Positions 1 to 9,341 of a DNA stretch of 42,128 bases are shown here, piece after piece. The stretch is from a virus (Duplodnaviria; Heunggongvirae; Uroviricota; Caudoviricetes), in IMG/VR virus record IMGVR_UViG_2744054914_000003; one strand, 5' to 3'. Position numbers and translations under genes: made by a program. The number at the start of each line of letters is the position of its first letter. Position 1 is the stretch's first letter. The notes beneath the pieces were generated by a model. It searched no databases. It was given only the letters and a program-made list of their open reading frames with translations, and was not told the DNA's origin.

Positions 1-270
<270 letters not shown>

Positions 271-475
271 TTACCGTTAAATCATTTTAAAATCAGTAAG
301 TTGTATCGAGTTTGTATGCTTTACTGTCATTAACTTACTGTATGTTGATCCAGTGTATTTAACCTTGATAAACTCAGTCCAGCAACACAAAACCGCAACA
401 CATTGCATTTTGTCCCGTAGAAAAGACTTGTATGTGTGAGCTTGTTTTCTGCGCCTACGCAGATAAGGATTGAGA

Positions 476-1873
476 ATGCCGCGCACTGTAACACATAATC
501 CGGATAGCCCCAATAATGACGATGTTTTAGCCGCATCTGAAAAATGGGACGCCTGTAAACCCCCCTATACCAGCGCACACATGAAAATCTGTGTTGCTGC
601 CGCCAAAATCATCCTCGCTGCTTCCGGCGTGGCTCGCCGTTCCAAATACGAAAAAGAGAACTATCTCCGTATCGATTTCAGCAAAGCCGGTAAGGTTACA
701 TTTTACGCCGAGTTTCCAAAAAAGATGGGCCTCAAGGGTAAAAAGCTCGGCGAGTGGCCGGAGCTCGCTATCCAGCTGGCGCGCGAAAAAGCGCTAGGTA
801 TGGCTGACGGTGGCTTGCGGGCAGAGTCCGTACATACAGCGCTGGAAATGTACCGGGATGACCTCAAAGCCAAAGTCGCCCGGCAGAAGCTGAGCCCGGA
901 CAGTTTCACAACCTACGGGGTGCGTATCGACCGGATTAAAGCAACGTTCGGCGAGCGTGAGGTGTTCAGCGACGTAACATACAATCGGCTGGTGGAAGTG
1001 CTGGACGAGTGGATCGCCACTCGCTCGAACAATAACGCCCTGGAGTTGTTTGCCGAGCTCCGTCGGTTCTGGAAGTTCTGCGCACCTACTCTTTGTAACG
1101 GTCGCAATGTTGCTGCCAGTCTGCCAGATGATTATGTTTCCTCCCGCGTACAGAAACCCACCCCCACACGGCTTTTTACCGATATTGAGTCAATCGCCCG
1201 GCTCTGGCTCAATGTTGCCGCCTGCACCTCTGTACACCAGAAGAATGCTGTTCGCTTCATGATCATCACCGGCGTTCGTCCGATTAATGTCCATAACCTG
1301 CGCTGGGACTACGTTCACGAGGAGACTGGCGAAATTGTTTATCCTGAAGGGGTTATCGGCATGCGAGGGGCTATGAAAACACAAAAGGCTTTCCGCCTGC
1401 CAATAACGCCGGAGATCCGGCGGATTATCGACGAGCAGAAAGCATGGCGTGATTCAGTTCCTGAGTGCAACAGGGATTATGTATTTTTGCAGCCGCGTGA
1501 TCCAATGCAGCCATTTTCAAAACGATCACTGGATAAGCTAGTGAAAACATACAGCCCGGATGGGGCTGTAAAAGGAATAAAACATGATGGGACTGTTAAA
1601 GGGAAAGACGGTGCATTTAATACGATGTGCCGTAAATTCCTTAAGAGCAATGTTATTGCCTTGATGAAGGAAAGAGGCTATTCCCGATCAGACCGAAGGG
1701 AAATCAGCCTCCTTTGCCTTCACCACTCCAGCAAGTCAGATGACCCGATGGCAGAACATTACGACTTTTCTGATGAGATTTTGCAGGAAGAGATTGCGTT
1801 AAAGCGCGAAGCTTTCGAGGCTCACGAGCGGAGCATACTTGCGCAGGTGGCATTGCTACGGCGGCGAGGTTAA
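476..1873 (+). CDS. Phage integrase (tyrosine recombinase), atypically long
   Basis: Longest ORF starts at TTG 470; ATG at 476 follows AAGGA. Box-I-like region (GVRPINVHNLRWDYV ... KTQKAFRLPITPEI) and C-terminal His/Tyr-containing region; sits at the prophage edge next to a host gene. Confidence 0.7.
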   Translation: MPRTVTHNPDSPNNDDVLAASEKWDACKPPYTSAHMKICVAAAKIILAASGVARRSKYEKENYLRIDFSKAGKVTFYAEFPKKMGLKGKKLGEWPELAIQLAREKALGMADGGLRAESVHTALEMYRDDLKAKVARQKLSPDSFTTYGVRIDRIKATFGEREVFSDVTYNRLVEVLDEWIATRSNNNALELFAELRRFWKFCAPTLCNGRNVAASLPDDYVSSRVQKPTPTRLFTDIESIARLWLNVAACTSVHQKNAVRFMIITGVRPINVHNLRWDYVHEETGEIVYPEGVIGMRGAMKTQKAFRLPITPEIRRIIDEQKAWRDSVPECNRDYVFLQPRDPMQPFSKRSLDKLVKTYSPDGAVKGIKHDGTVKGKDGAFNTMCRKFLKSNVIALMKERGYSRSDRREISLLCLHHSSKSDDPMAEHYDFSDEILQEEIALKREAFEAHERSILAQVALLRRRG

Positions 1874-2070
1874 TACCGGCTGCGACACTTTTGAATAAAA
1901 GCGTCGACATTGCGGCGCTCATAACGAACTACTTTTGCACTGAAACGAATTGGTGCCAGGATAGCCCGATGACGATGCTTAATATTCCACTCACATAGCG
2001 TTTTCTGTGTAATACCTAACTTTTGGCATACTTCATCCGGGGTGAGTAAATCGTCGGGTTTCTCGCTCAT
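1870..2070 (-). CDS. AlpA/excisionase-like small DNA-binding protein
   Basis: 66-aa ORF with helix-turn-helix-like segment (LLTPDEVCQKLGITQKTLCEW), typical of AlpA/Xis-family proteins beside integrases. Confidence 0.6.
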   Translation of the reverse strand: MSEKPDDLLTPDEVCQKLGITQKTLCEWNIKHRHRAILAPIRFSAKVVRYERRNVDAFIQKCRSRY

Positions 2071-3464
2071 GCTATACCTCTCTTTTTCATGGCATCGAGC
2101 AGGATGTCCTGCACTGTTCGTTTTGAGTTGCGCCGCTCCATCACCATTTCGTCCATAGTGTCGGCAGCAATAATGTGGTGAATAAATACCGGACGATTGT
2201 GTCCGGCCTGTATCTGCCTGGTGGGGCCGATACGTTCAATAATTTGCTGATATTGCTCCAGGTCCCACCAGTGTGAGAAAAATACCAGTATATTTCCGCC
2301 GTCCTGCATGTTCAGGCCGTGGCCCGCGCTGGCTGGGTGTGCAAAGAGAACAGGAATCTTTCCGGAATTCCAGTCGCGCAGTGTCTGTGGATCCTGGTCG
2401 AGGTGACGACCGCGAGGGAATGCTTTAAGCAAGCGTTCAAGATCGTGTTTCCAGTGATAAGCAACCAGCACAGGTGCGCCAGCTGCTTCGGTCAGTATGC
2501 TGTCCAGCGCCTGTAGTTTGGTGTCATGCAGTTCTGACCAACTTCCGGTGTCGTCTGTGTATACTGCGCCACTGGCGATTTGAAGACACTTCAGTGTCTT
2601 TGCCGCGGCGTTCGGTGCTTCGATGCCTTCGCCATTCAGCTCGAGGAACATTTCCTTTTCCATTTCACGATACTGCTGACGGGCCTTCGGCGGCATATCC
2701 ACGCGGATTACGTTATGGATGGGGTCTTTGATATCGAACCAGTCGGCCGCATCTAGCGAGAGGGTCACATCGGCTAATGCTCGCTGTATTTCACCCTGTG
2801 AGTGAGCAAAAGGCTCCAGTTTAGTCCAGCTCTGTCCCGGAAACTGTATCGAGTTGAACCAGCGTGAGGTAAACGCACCGTAAGTGCGCCCGAGACGTTG
2901 CCCTTGGTCCACAAACCACGATTGTCCCCACAAATCTACCAGGCCGTTCGGTGCTGGCGTACCGGTGAGATTTATCCAGCGCCGGACATACTTATGCGCC
3001 ACTTTGCCCAGTGCCGCCGCGCGCTTACCACCACCTCGCAGCCGGAAGGATTTTAGCCGGGTGCTTTCATCTGGAATGACAATACCGAACGGCCATCGTT
3101 CTCCCAATTCTTCAACCAGCCAGACAAGGTTATCGTAGTTGATGGTGAACACGCTTGCGTTGCTGTTCGCCAGCGCCGTAGAGCGCGCTTTGGCATTACC
3201 AACAATCGGCTGCACCTCGATATTGCGCAAATGCCCCCACTTCACTGCTTCATCCGGCCAGGTGTTTGCTGCAACACGTAGCGGCGCGAGGACCAGTGCG
3301 GGGCGTGTTTCTGCCCCTGCCATAAAAAGATCTTCCAGCGCAGTGAGCGTTGCCACGGTTTTACCCATTCCCATACCTGCCCAGATGTTGCAGCGCATAA
3401 TGTCGATTTGATGATTGATGATGAGATCTTGGTAGGGGTGAGGTGAAAATATAGCATAGTCCAT
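2067..3464 (-). CDS. SNF2-family (DEAD/DEAH-box) helicase
   Basis: Walker A GMGMGKT and DExx box (VIPDESTRLKS); ATG at 3464 preceded by GGAGAT; belongs to the recalled phage module DUF2800/DUF2815/PolA/VRR-NUC/SNF2. Confidence 0.8.
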   Translation of the reverse strand: MDYAIFSPHPYQDLIINHQIDIMRCNIWAGMGMGKTVATLTALEDLFMAGAETRPALVLAPLRVAANTWPDEAVKWGHLRNIEVQPIVGNAKARSTALANSNASVFTINYDNLVWLVEELGERWPFGIVIPDESTRLKSFRLRGGGKRAAALGKVAHKYVRRWINLTGTPAPNGLVDLWGQSWFVDQGQRLGRTYGAFTSRWFNSIQFPGQSWTKLEPFAHSQGEIQRALADVTLSLDAADWFDIKDPIHNVIRVDMPPKARQQYREMEKEMFLELNGEGIEAPNAAAKTLKCLQIASGAVYTDDTGSWSELHDTKLQALDSILTEAAGAPVLVAYHWKHDLERLLKAFPRGRHLDQDPQTLRDWNSGKIPVLFAHPASAGHGLNMQDGGNILVFFSHWWDLEQYQQIIERIGPTRQIQAGHNRPVFIHHIIAADTMDEMVMERRNSKRTVQDILLDAMKKRGIA

Positions 3465-3531
3465 GGTATTGTATCTCCATGAATGAACTTATGTAGTAAT
3501 AGCTTAATTATTTATTTCGAAAGGAACAGTT

Positions 3532-4410
3532 ATGACCTCAGCTTATACAGATGTCCAGCAAGAAGAAAATATTACTGATAAATTAGTTGTTAAATATGAT
3601 GGTCCCGCACTAGCAGATCATAAAATAGATTTGGATGTTTTAACTGAGTCATTGAATGGACTAAACAACTTGCTTAAAGAAGTTAATTTGGTTGTCAATG
3701 GCACTAGTGAGTGTATTAATGTTGAGGTTGAGCCTTTTAAGGAAGGCTCATTTGAGTATTTGATTGATGTTATTCAAAATCCACTTGACCATTTGAATAT
3801 ATTAAGCATTATTGGGCTTGGAGGTACAACTGCACTCGCAGCAGGAAATACTCTCATTGACTTAATTCGTCAGATCAATGGTAGGCAAATAAAACGGTTG
3901 ACTTTAACAGCGGAAGGAGACTGTAAAATAGTTATGGATGATGGTGAGGAAATTATAGCCCCGTCATATTTCCGGCCTTTACTTGCCTCACCAAGCATAC
4001 GCAAATCCTTATCGAAGTTAATTCATAATCCTTTGCAAAAGGAAGGATACGAATCGCTTAAAATTTCAACTCAACAGGGGGTTGAGCTGATTAAGGTGCA
4101 CGAAGATAATATTGAACCGTTCAGATATAGGCGCGTTCCTGTAGTGCAGTCCTTGTCTGAAAGGGTGATTGAAGAGGCTCTAATCACATTTTTGACTATT
4201 CATAAGGATAAAAACACAGGCTGGCGAGTCAACTATGGCGATGACACAATCAGCGTGTCTATAGAAGATACTGAGTTCTTACAACGTGTTAGTACGGGAA
4301 GAGAACCTGGTGTTTTTAGTGATGCTTACTGCGTTGATTTGCTCGTCCGTGAGAACTTGAATTCGCTGGACAAAACGTACATAGTTGTTAAAGTACACGG
4401 TATCTTATAG
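3532..4410 (+). CDS. Hypothetical soluble protein, gene 1 of AT-rich three-gene moron
   Basis: 292-aa ORF, ATG preceded by AAGGAACA; about 30-35% GC against >50% in flanking phage genes; no hydrophobic helix or catalytic motif recognised by eye. Confidence 0.6.
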   Translation: MTSAYTDVQQEENITDKLVVKYDGPALADHKIDLDVLTESLNGLNNLLKEVNLVVNGTSECINVEVEPFKEGSFEYLIDVIQNPLDHLNILSIIGLGGTTALAAGNTLIDLIRQINGRQIKRLTLTAEGDCKIVMDDGEEIIAPSYFRPLLASPSIRKSLSKLIHNPLQKEGYESLKISTQQGVELIKVHEDNIEPFRYRRVPVVQSLSERVIEEALITFLTIHKDKNTGWRVNYGDDTISVSIEDTEFLQRVSTGREPGVFSDAYCVDLLVRENLNSLDKTYIVVKVHGIL

Positions 4411-4433
4411 TAGATTCACATGGGGAGGGGGCT

Positions 4434-4682
4434 ATGATTGCTTTTGCTTTTTGGCTGGCTTTTTTTAGCCTGCTTCCCGTACTATATTGGGTTCTTAAGA
4501 TGGGGTTTGACCGGTTACGCTTTGCGCTTATGCCTAAACATCATCTTGTTCTTGAATGTGTTGACTCAGAAGGAGTTGTCCGTCGCGATGTCGTTGATGT
4601 CTCTTCTGATGATGAATTTTACAAAATTGCAATGAATGCCATTCGTGCTGGAAGATCAGTCAAAGGAGGGACGTTTGAGTAG
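4434..4682 (+). CDS. Small membrane protein, gene 2 of AT-rich moron
   Basis: 82-aa ORF, ATG preceded by GGGGAGGGGG; N-terminal hydrophobic helix (IAFAFWLAFFSLLPVLYWVL) then charged soluble tail; stop TAG at 4680-4682 overlaps next gene's start. Confidence 0.5.
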   Translation: MIAFAFWLAFFSLLPVLYWVLKMGFDRLRFALMPKHHLVLECVDSEGVVRRDVVDVSSDDEFYKIAMNAIRAGRSVKGGTFE

Positions 4683-5205
4683 CGCTTCTAAACCTGATAG
4701 CTACGAAAAAGTCCCTCTGATTTCTAATGTTGCTGCTGGTGGCATCACTGGTTTTTTAACATTACTGGTGTCCTCGTGGGACGGTCGTTTTCCGTATATT
4801 GGTTCTGATTTAAATACAATAAAGCCATTTCTTTTATTAATGCTTCCCAGTTGCGCTATGTTTCTGGCGCATTGGATAAAGTCGATTGGGTTTAAATGGT
4901 CCTTAGGTAGCGTTAATCGACAGTTATTAAGCATTAATAAGAAGAAAGAAAAAGAACTTCGCCGTGATATTGAAAAGTACAAAAATGTTATTTCTAATGA
5001 AAAGATAGAGGACTTTAAAAGTCAACTTGAACAAGTATTACAAGATCGTCATGATATTATTTCTAATAATTACGCACAGAAACTAAGAGAAAGAAATTAT
5101 ACGCAAGAAAAATATCATGAGCATAAACAAACCGCTGCAAATGATAATATTGAGCTGCAAAGCATACTGGAGAATCAGAAGTTCAATCAAAAAGGCATTG
5201 ACTAA
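4675..5205 (+). CDS. Membrane protein with two hydrophobic helices and K/E-rich coiled-coil C-terminus, gene 3 of AT-rich moron
   Basis: In-frame TTG at 4675 lies 5 nt after strong AAGGAGGG and overlaps gene 2 stop by 8 nt; alternative ATG at 4636 lacks a ribosome-binding site. Hydrophobic segments (VAAGGITGFLTLLVSSW; FLLLMLPSCAMFLAHWI). Confidence 0.5.
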   Translation: MSSASKPDSYEKVPLISNVAAGGITGFLTLLVSSWDGRFPYIGSDLNTIKPFLLLMLPSCAMFLAHWIKSIGFKWSLGSVNRQLLSINKKKEKELRRDIEKYKNVISNEKIEDFKSQLEQVLQDRHDIISNNYAQKLRERNYTQEKYHEHKQTAANDNIELQSILENQKFNQKGID

Positions 5206-5209
5206 ATTT

Positions 5210-5479
5210 TTATAATATCCTCTCTAGGTTCTTGCTATCCAGCACCACTACGGTAAAGCCCAGTTTTCGCAGACGTTCATGTTCGCGCAATTGGTCAGGC
5301 CGTGGTGGCTTGCCGGGAGATTTACATTCAACGAAAACGATACGACCACCTGGTAGCAGGACAATGCGATCCGGTACCGAGCGGTGACCGGGAGATACAA
5401 ACTTAAAGGCCACTCCGCCAGCTTTTTTCACTTCAGCGACGAGGTGCTTTTCGATAAGGCTTTCACGTTCATAGGCCAT
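5210..5479 (-). CDS. VRR-NUC domain nuclease
   Basis: PD-(D/E)xK-like motif (DRIVLL ... VFVECKSPG); longest ORF extends to 5506 but start at MAYERESL is more plausible. Confidence 0.7.
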   Translation of the reverse strand: MAYERESLIEKHLVAEVKKAGGVAFKFVSPGHRSVPDRIVLLPGGRIVFVECKSPGKPPRPDQLREHERLRKLGFTVVVLDSKNLERIL

Positions 5480-5768
5480 CTGAATCCCACTCTTCAAAAA
5501 GCACATTCAATTCCAGTTTCTCTGCCAACGCGTTTTCTGCACGTGCGCCAGCAGAGTACTCCCACTCTTTGAGCATATAAATCGTATCGGCACAGCGAAG
5601 CATTGCGAGGCAGATGTCCATATACTGAGCCTGTGTCAAACCATTGGGTAAAGTTGCGGGGTTAAGCACAACATATCCCTTGTCCGTTAGCCTCTTTGCT
5701 GCGGAATGAAAAGCCGGGCGGTTAAATTGCTCGTAACCGCTCATCGGCCCGGCAACGTAAACGATCAT
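5469..5768 (-). CDS. DUF4406-like (nucleoside 2-deoxyribosyltransferase-like) phage protein
   Basis: 99-aa ORF with N-terminal VYVAGPMSG motif recalled for this family; ATG at 5768. Confidence 0.55.
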   Translation of the reverse strand: MIVYVAGPMSGYEQFNRPAFHSAAKRLTDKGYVVLNPATLPNGLTQAQYMDICLAMLRCADTIYMLKEWEYSAGARAENALAEKLELNVLFEEWDSDGL

Positions 5769-5980
5769 TCTTCGACCGCCTTACGCTTTTCACGCATATT
5801 CTGCATCAGGCAAAAATCAGATCTGCGTTCACTCCATTCCTGATTCAGTTCGTGATGTGATTCGCGGTTGGCTTTTGCCCAGACCTTCGCTGCCCGGTCA
5901 TATTCGCCGGATTGTTCAAGTCGCAAAGCCTCCCTTGCAGCCCTGTAATAAAGTGGATTGTCCCGGTATTTAAATGACAT
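5765..5980 (-). CDS. Small hypothetical phage protein
   Basis: 71-aa ORF tightly packed between the polymerase and DUF4406-like genes, with overlapping stop/start. Confidence 0.4.
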   Translation of the reverse strand: MSFKYRDNPLYYRAAREALRLEQSGEYDRAAKVWAKANRESHHELNQEWSERRSDFCLMQNMREKRKAVEE

Positions 5981-5985
5981 AGGAG

Positions 5986-8049
5986 TTAATCCTTACGGTA
6001 GTGGTACGCCTCAAAACCGCCAGCGTTCAGTGGGATATCTGGCGCCCATTCGGGGTTAGTGGAGAGAAGCGCGGAAAGCGCTTTATCGTTGAAATCTTCT
6101 GTGTCAGGTGATTCGGTGATCACCTCGTCGTGTACCGTCAGCACAATGCTGTAACCGGCATCTTCGATAAGCGGCATGTTTCCGGCCAGAACGTCGCGGG
6201 CGGCCGCCTGGGTGACGTTCTCCACCAGCTTTCCGCCGTAGGTTTTGAGTCGTTGCCATTTACGCGAATAAGAGTTAACACCCATGTAGGTGATATTCCC
6301 TTGTTCGATAACCGGAGACGGGTAGCATACAGCGCGTCCGGATGGTAGCTGTATGCGCAGCCACGCGCCATCGCGGCGGATTTTAAGATAACCGCAATAC
6401 AATGTTTTTTGCGGTGTGGCGATTGCTGTGCGGACGGTGCACTCCAGTTCGTACCAGAAATCACAGGTCGCGGGATGCGCCCGGCGCCAGAGACGTTTAA
6501 GTGAGTCGCAGGCGATAAATACCCGTTCAGAAAGCCCGTAGGTCGATTTACGTTTAACCGATTCGTCGTACCAGCTTTTCGCCTCGCGGATAACATCGCG
6601 GGGAATGTTTGGCAGTGCGGCGTTCGCCAGCCCGTCGAGATCGAGACCGTAAACCAGAGCAAAAGTGATGAAAGCCGATACACCTCCTCCATAACCCAGA
6701 CCGAGTTCCATGACTTTACCGATCTGACGCATGTGTTTATCAACATCATCTGGTGCAATATCGAAAGCTTTTGCATACGCCAGTTTATATAAGTCCGGAC
6801 CCGTTCCGGCGTCGTACTCTCTGAATGCATTCAGTTTCCATTCTTCTCCCGCCAGCCATGCCAGCATACGGCCTTCAATGTTCGACAAGTCACTTACCAC
6901 CAGCTTTTTGCCTGTTGGCGCGATAATGCAGCCACGTAACGCTGAACTGGTTAGTTCCATGATATTGTCAAACAGCAGGTCTGCACATCCGGCTTTCAGT
7001 GCTTCGATGCCTTCGTCTATTTGTTCCTGTTTTAGTGAAGGGCGGGGAAGGTTCTGGGGCTGGAATAGCCGTCCGGCCCAACGACCGGTACGTGACGCCC
7101 CGCAGAACTGTAGCGTACCGCGTAAGCGCCCGTCGTGGCTTACGCCTTTCATCAGTGCCTTGTATTTACTGGTGCTGGTAGTACTGGCCTGCAGGCGGAT
7201 AGCCAGCAGTTCTTTCACGGCAGATGGTAAATCGGGGTCGGCAATACGACGTTCCAGAGTACTGCGTTGCATGTCTGGTAGCTCCACACCGTAGGATTCA
7301 ACAATGTGCTTAATCAACGCGTCTCGTTGTGTGGCTGCCTGCACTTCGCCATCAGTCATTTCCTGTGTACGCTTTGCCAGGCGCTTTTGTTCCTGGTCTA
7401 CCGCGTCGATCGCAGCGCGTGCGAGTTCCACGTCCATGCAGACGCCCCGGTCATTGATCTGCTGATCACGATGCCAGAGCGCCAGTTCTGTCCCCTGATA
7501 ATTCCACTTCGGCAGACGTTTATAGACTTCGCGCATTGCCTCGATATCCAGTCCGGCGTAAGCAACAAAGCGCCGCCATTCTTCCGGGTGGGTTTTGCTG
7601 GTGGCCCGGCGCAGTTTGCTGTTTTTCGGGCGTGGCTTACAGAACAGCTGGATCAGCGCTTTACCTTCTTTGTCCTTCGCTTTGTCTTGCGGGACGCCTA
7701 GTACTTCGCAGAGTTCCCCCAGAGACCCCGGGAGACCGTGCGCCAGCGCCTGCACCATCGTGTCGCGCCAACGTTCGACTGGCGGTGCCAGTCGCGGCAT
7801 TGCATAACGCAGGACGGTGCGGTCGAAGTGAGAGTTATGAAAATAAAGCAGGGTTTCAGGGGCTGCGATTGCTTCGTATAAGCCGTGTGGAATACCACCA
7901 CCGGCAGTGATATCCCATACGTTTACTGGCCCGTCGTTGATAGCCCATGCGAACAGCATCACTTCAACGCCTTCGGCATACGCATGGGTACCGTTCGTAA
8001 TAGGGATTTCGCAATAGGTTTCCAGGTCGCCCCATAGTATATTGGACAT
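5986..8049 (-). CDS. Family-A DNA polymerase (3'-5' exonuclease plus polymerase domains)
   Basis: 687-aa ORF; exonuclease motif DLETY near N-terminus, polymerase motif A-like ([13 protein letters not shown]) and motif C (VHDEV). Confidence 0.85.
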   Translation of the reverse strand: MSNILWGDLETYCEIPITNGTHAYAEGVEVMLFAWAINDGPVNVWDITAGGGIPHGLYEAIAAPETLLYFHNSHFDRTVLRYAMPRLAPPVERWRDTMVQALAHGLPGSLGELCEVLGVPQDKAKDKEGKALIQLFCKPRPKNSKLRRATSKTHPEEWRRFVAYAGLDIEAMREVYKRLPKWNYQGTELALWHRDQQINDRGVCMDVELARAAIDAVDQEQKRLAKRTQEMTDGEVQAATQRDALIKHIVESYGVELPDMQRSTLERRIADPDLPSAVKELLAIRLQASTTSTSKYKALMKGVSHDGRLRGTLQFCGASRTGRWAGRLFQPQNLPRPSLKQEQIDEGIEALKAGCADLLFDNIMELTSSALRGCIIAPTGKKLVVSDLSNIEGRMLAWLAGEEWKLNAFREYDAGTGPDLYKLAYAKAFDIAPDDVDKHMRQIGKVMELGLGYGGGVSAFITFALVYGLDLDGLANAALPNIPRDVIREAKSWYDESVKRKSTYGLSERVFIACDSLKRLWRRAHPATCDFWYELECTVRTAIATPQKTLYCGYLKIRRDGAWLRIQLPSGRAVCYPSPVIEQGNITYMGVNSYSRKWQRLKTYGGKLVENVTQAAARDVLAGNMPLIEDAGYSIVLTVHDEVITESPDTEDFNDKALSALLSTNPEWAPDIPLNAGGFEAYHYRKD

Positions 8050-8095
8050 GTGTTTACCTTGGTTTTTATTCTATTAACTGATTAAAAGATTAATT

Positions 8096-8725
8096 ATGCA
8101 TATGATCCAATACTTGATTGACCATACAGAGCATCTGGAGAAAATAGCTGGATATATTTTTTCATGTTTGATTGTTATGGGAGTCTGGATAAGAAAGATC
8201 ATTTTTAATTATAAGTATAAAGAGCCTAAATATGTCAAGAAGTTAATTTTATATTTAGTTAAGTATGAACGTTATCTGGATAAGGAGGATAAGAGTGCCA
8301 TAGAAAAAAGAATAAATGATAAAATTATTCGTGATGCGCTGAAATTGCAATCTTCTTATAACCGAAGTGATGTTATTTACATTTGCAATAGATTAGAAAA
8401 AAGACAGTATATAAATCAGGTGATTAAGCTTCAGAATTATATAGAGAAAGATAACGGAGTGTTTTTCATCAATGTTAATTTTTCAGGTTTTTTATTTATT
8501 ATTAGTCGTCTGTTTTCCTTTCTGTGTTTTGTGCTGTTTATCCTTTTTTCTATTATCTGCATTATTTCCATAGGGCAAAATGAAGGCCTTTTAAATTATC
8601 TTGTGTATATGGTTATGACAATAGTTTTAGAGACTGTTGGTTTTTGGATGTATGATACTTTCCCGTCTAAGAAGAAGATCTGTGAACTAAATAAAGAATT
8701 GAGGAAGATTAAGATTCCTGAGTGA
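8096..8725 (+). CDS. Hypothetical membrane protein (AT-rich moron, opposite strand to the replication operon)
   Basis: 209-aa ORF in strongly AT-rich DNA between two minus-strand replication genes; hydrophobic segments at N-terminus and C-terminal third (FLFIISRLFSFLCFVLFILFSIICIISIG; LVYMVMTIVLETVGFWMY). Confidence 0.5.
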   Translation: MHMIQYLIDHTEHLEKIAGYIFSCLIVMGVWIRKIIFNYKYKEPKYVKKLILYLVKYERYLDKEDKSAIEKRINDKIIRDALKLQSSYNRSDVIYICNRLEKRQYINQVIKLQNYIEKDNGVFFINVNFSGFLFIISRLFSFLCFVLFILFSIICIISIGQNEGLLNYLVYMVMTIVLETVGFWMYDTFPSKKKICELNKELRKIKIPE

Positions 8726-8743
8726 TTATACGCCTAATCAGCA

Positions 8744-8762
8744 GCCCGGTATTTAACCGGGC
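8744..8762. terminator. Hairpin between convergent genes (possible bidirectional terminator, no clear U-tract)
   Basis: GCCCGGT-ATTTA-ACCGGGC, 7-bp stem, between the 8725 stop (+) and the 8778 stop (-). Confidence 0.3.
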
Positions 8763-8777
8763 GTCTATGAAGTAGGG

Positions 8778-9326
8778 TTAAATCAGTGCTTCAGCATCAG
8801 CACCTTCGCTGATATCGTCGAAATCGTCAGCGCTTGCCACTCCGCCGCCAGCGAATGCATCGCCGTCTCGCAGGAACTGGACTCCGCCGAGTGAGGCATT
8901 AATGCGTTTACCGAAATTATTGTCCTGTGCCCAGATATCGATAACGGCGTTTACATAGCACCCTGCATAGGGACGTCCATCAGCCTGAATAAGTGGCGAA
9001 CGATCGCGATCAAGAACAGCTGGGCGCGCTTTGTTAGCAGCATTCAGGAAGAAATTGCCGGGGAAGCCTTCATACTCTGCTTTTTCATCACCATCATGCA
9101 GGCACAGATTGAGTTTTTTCTCCAGTTGGTTATAAATGGGCTCCCACTTCTCTCCCCATTTTTCCTTCGCTACCTGCTTCATAGCTTTACGGATTTCTTC
9201 CAGTTGTGGGTGTTTGGGTGACATTAAAAATACTGCGGAGAAACGTGGATCGCCTTCGCCGTTTACAGTTTTAGCTTCAAACAGAGACGGGAAGGCCAGA
9301 CGAACATTGTTCAGCTTCAGTTTCAT
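8778..9326 (-). CDS. DUF2815-like phage protein (SSB-like, as recalled)
   Basis: 182-aa ORF with acidic C-terminal tail (DDFDDISEGADAEALI); sits between DUF2800-like and polymerase genes as in the recalled module. Confidence 0.6.
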   Translation of the reverse strand: MKLKLNNVRLAFPSLFEAKTVNGEGDPRFSAVFLMSPKHPQLEEIRKAMKQVAKEKWGEKWEPIYNQLEKKLNLCLHDGDEKAEYEGFPGNFFLNAANKARPAVLDRDRSPLIQADGRPYAGCYVNAVIDIWAQDNNFGKRINASLGGVQFLRDGDAFAGGGVASADDFDDISEGADAEALI

Positions 9327-9341
9327 GGGTATTTCCTTAAA

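Noticed and set aside
4438-4635. Alternative 65-aa ORF (TTG start) in a second frame overlapping gene 2 of the AT-rich cassette
   Set aside because: The 4434 frame has an ATG with optimally spaced GGGGAGGGGG and yields a protein with a helix plus charged domain and translational coupling to gene 3; the 4438 frame is uniformly Leu/Phe-rich as expected for off-frame AT-rich DNA. Not fully excluded.
6130-7910. Many ORFs of 60-230 aa on both strands overlapping the DNA polymerase gene (e.g. 6138-6830, 6731-7294, 7306-7701)
   Set aside because: They lie inside or antisense to a long motif-bearing polymerase ORF in GC-rich DNA, have Arg/Ser/Pro-rich compositions typical of off-frame translation, and lack ribosome-binding sites.
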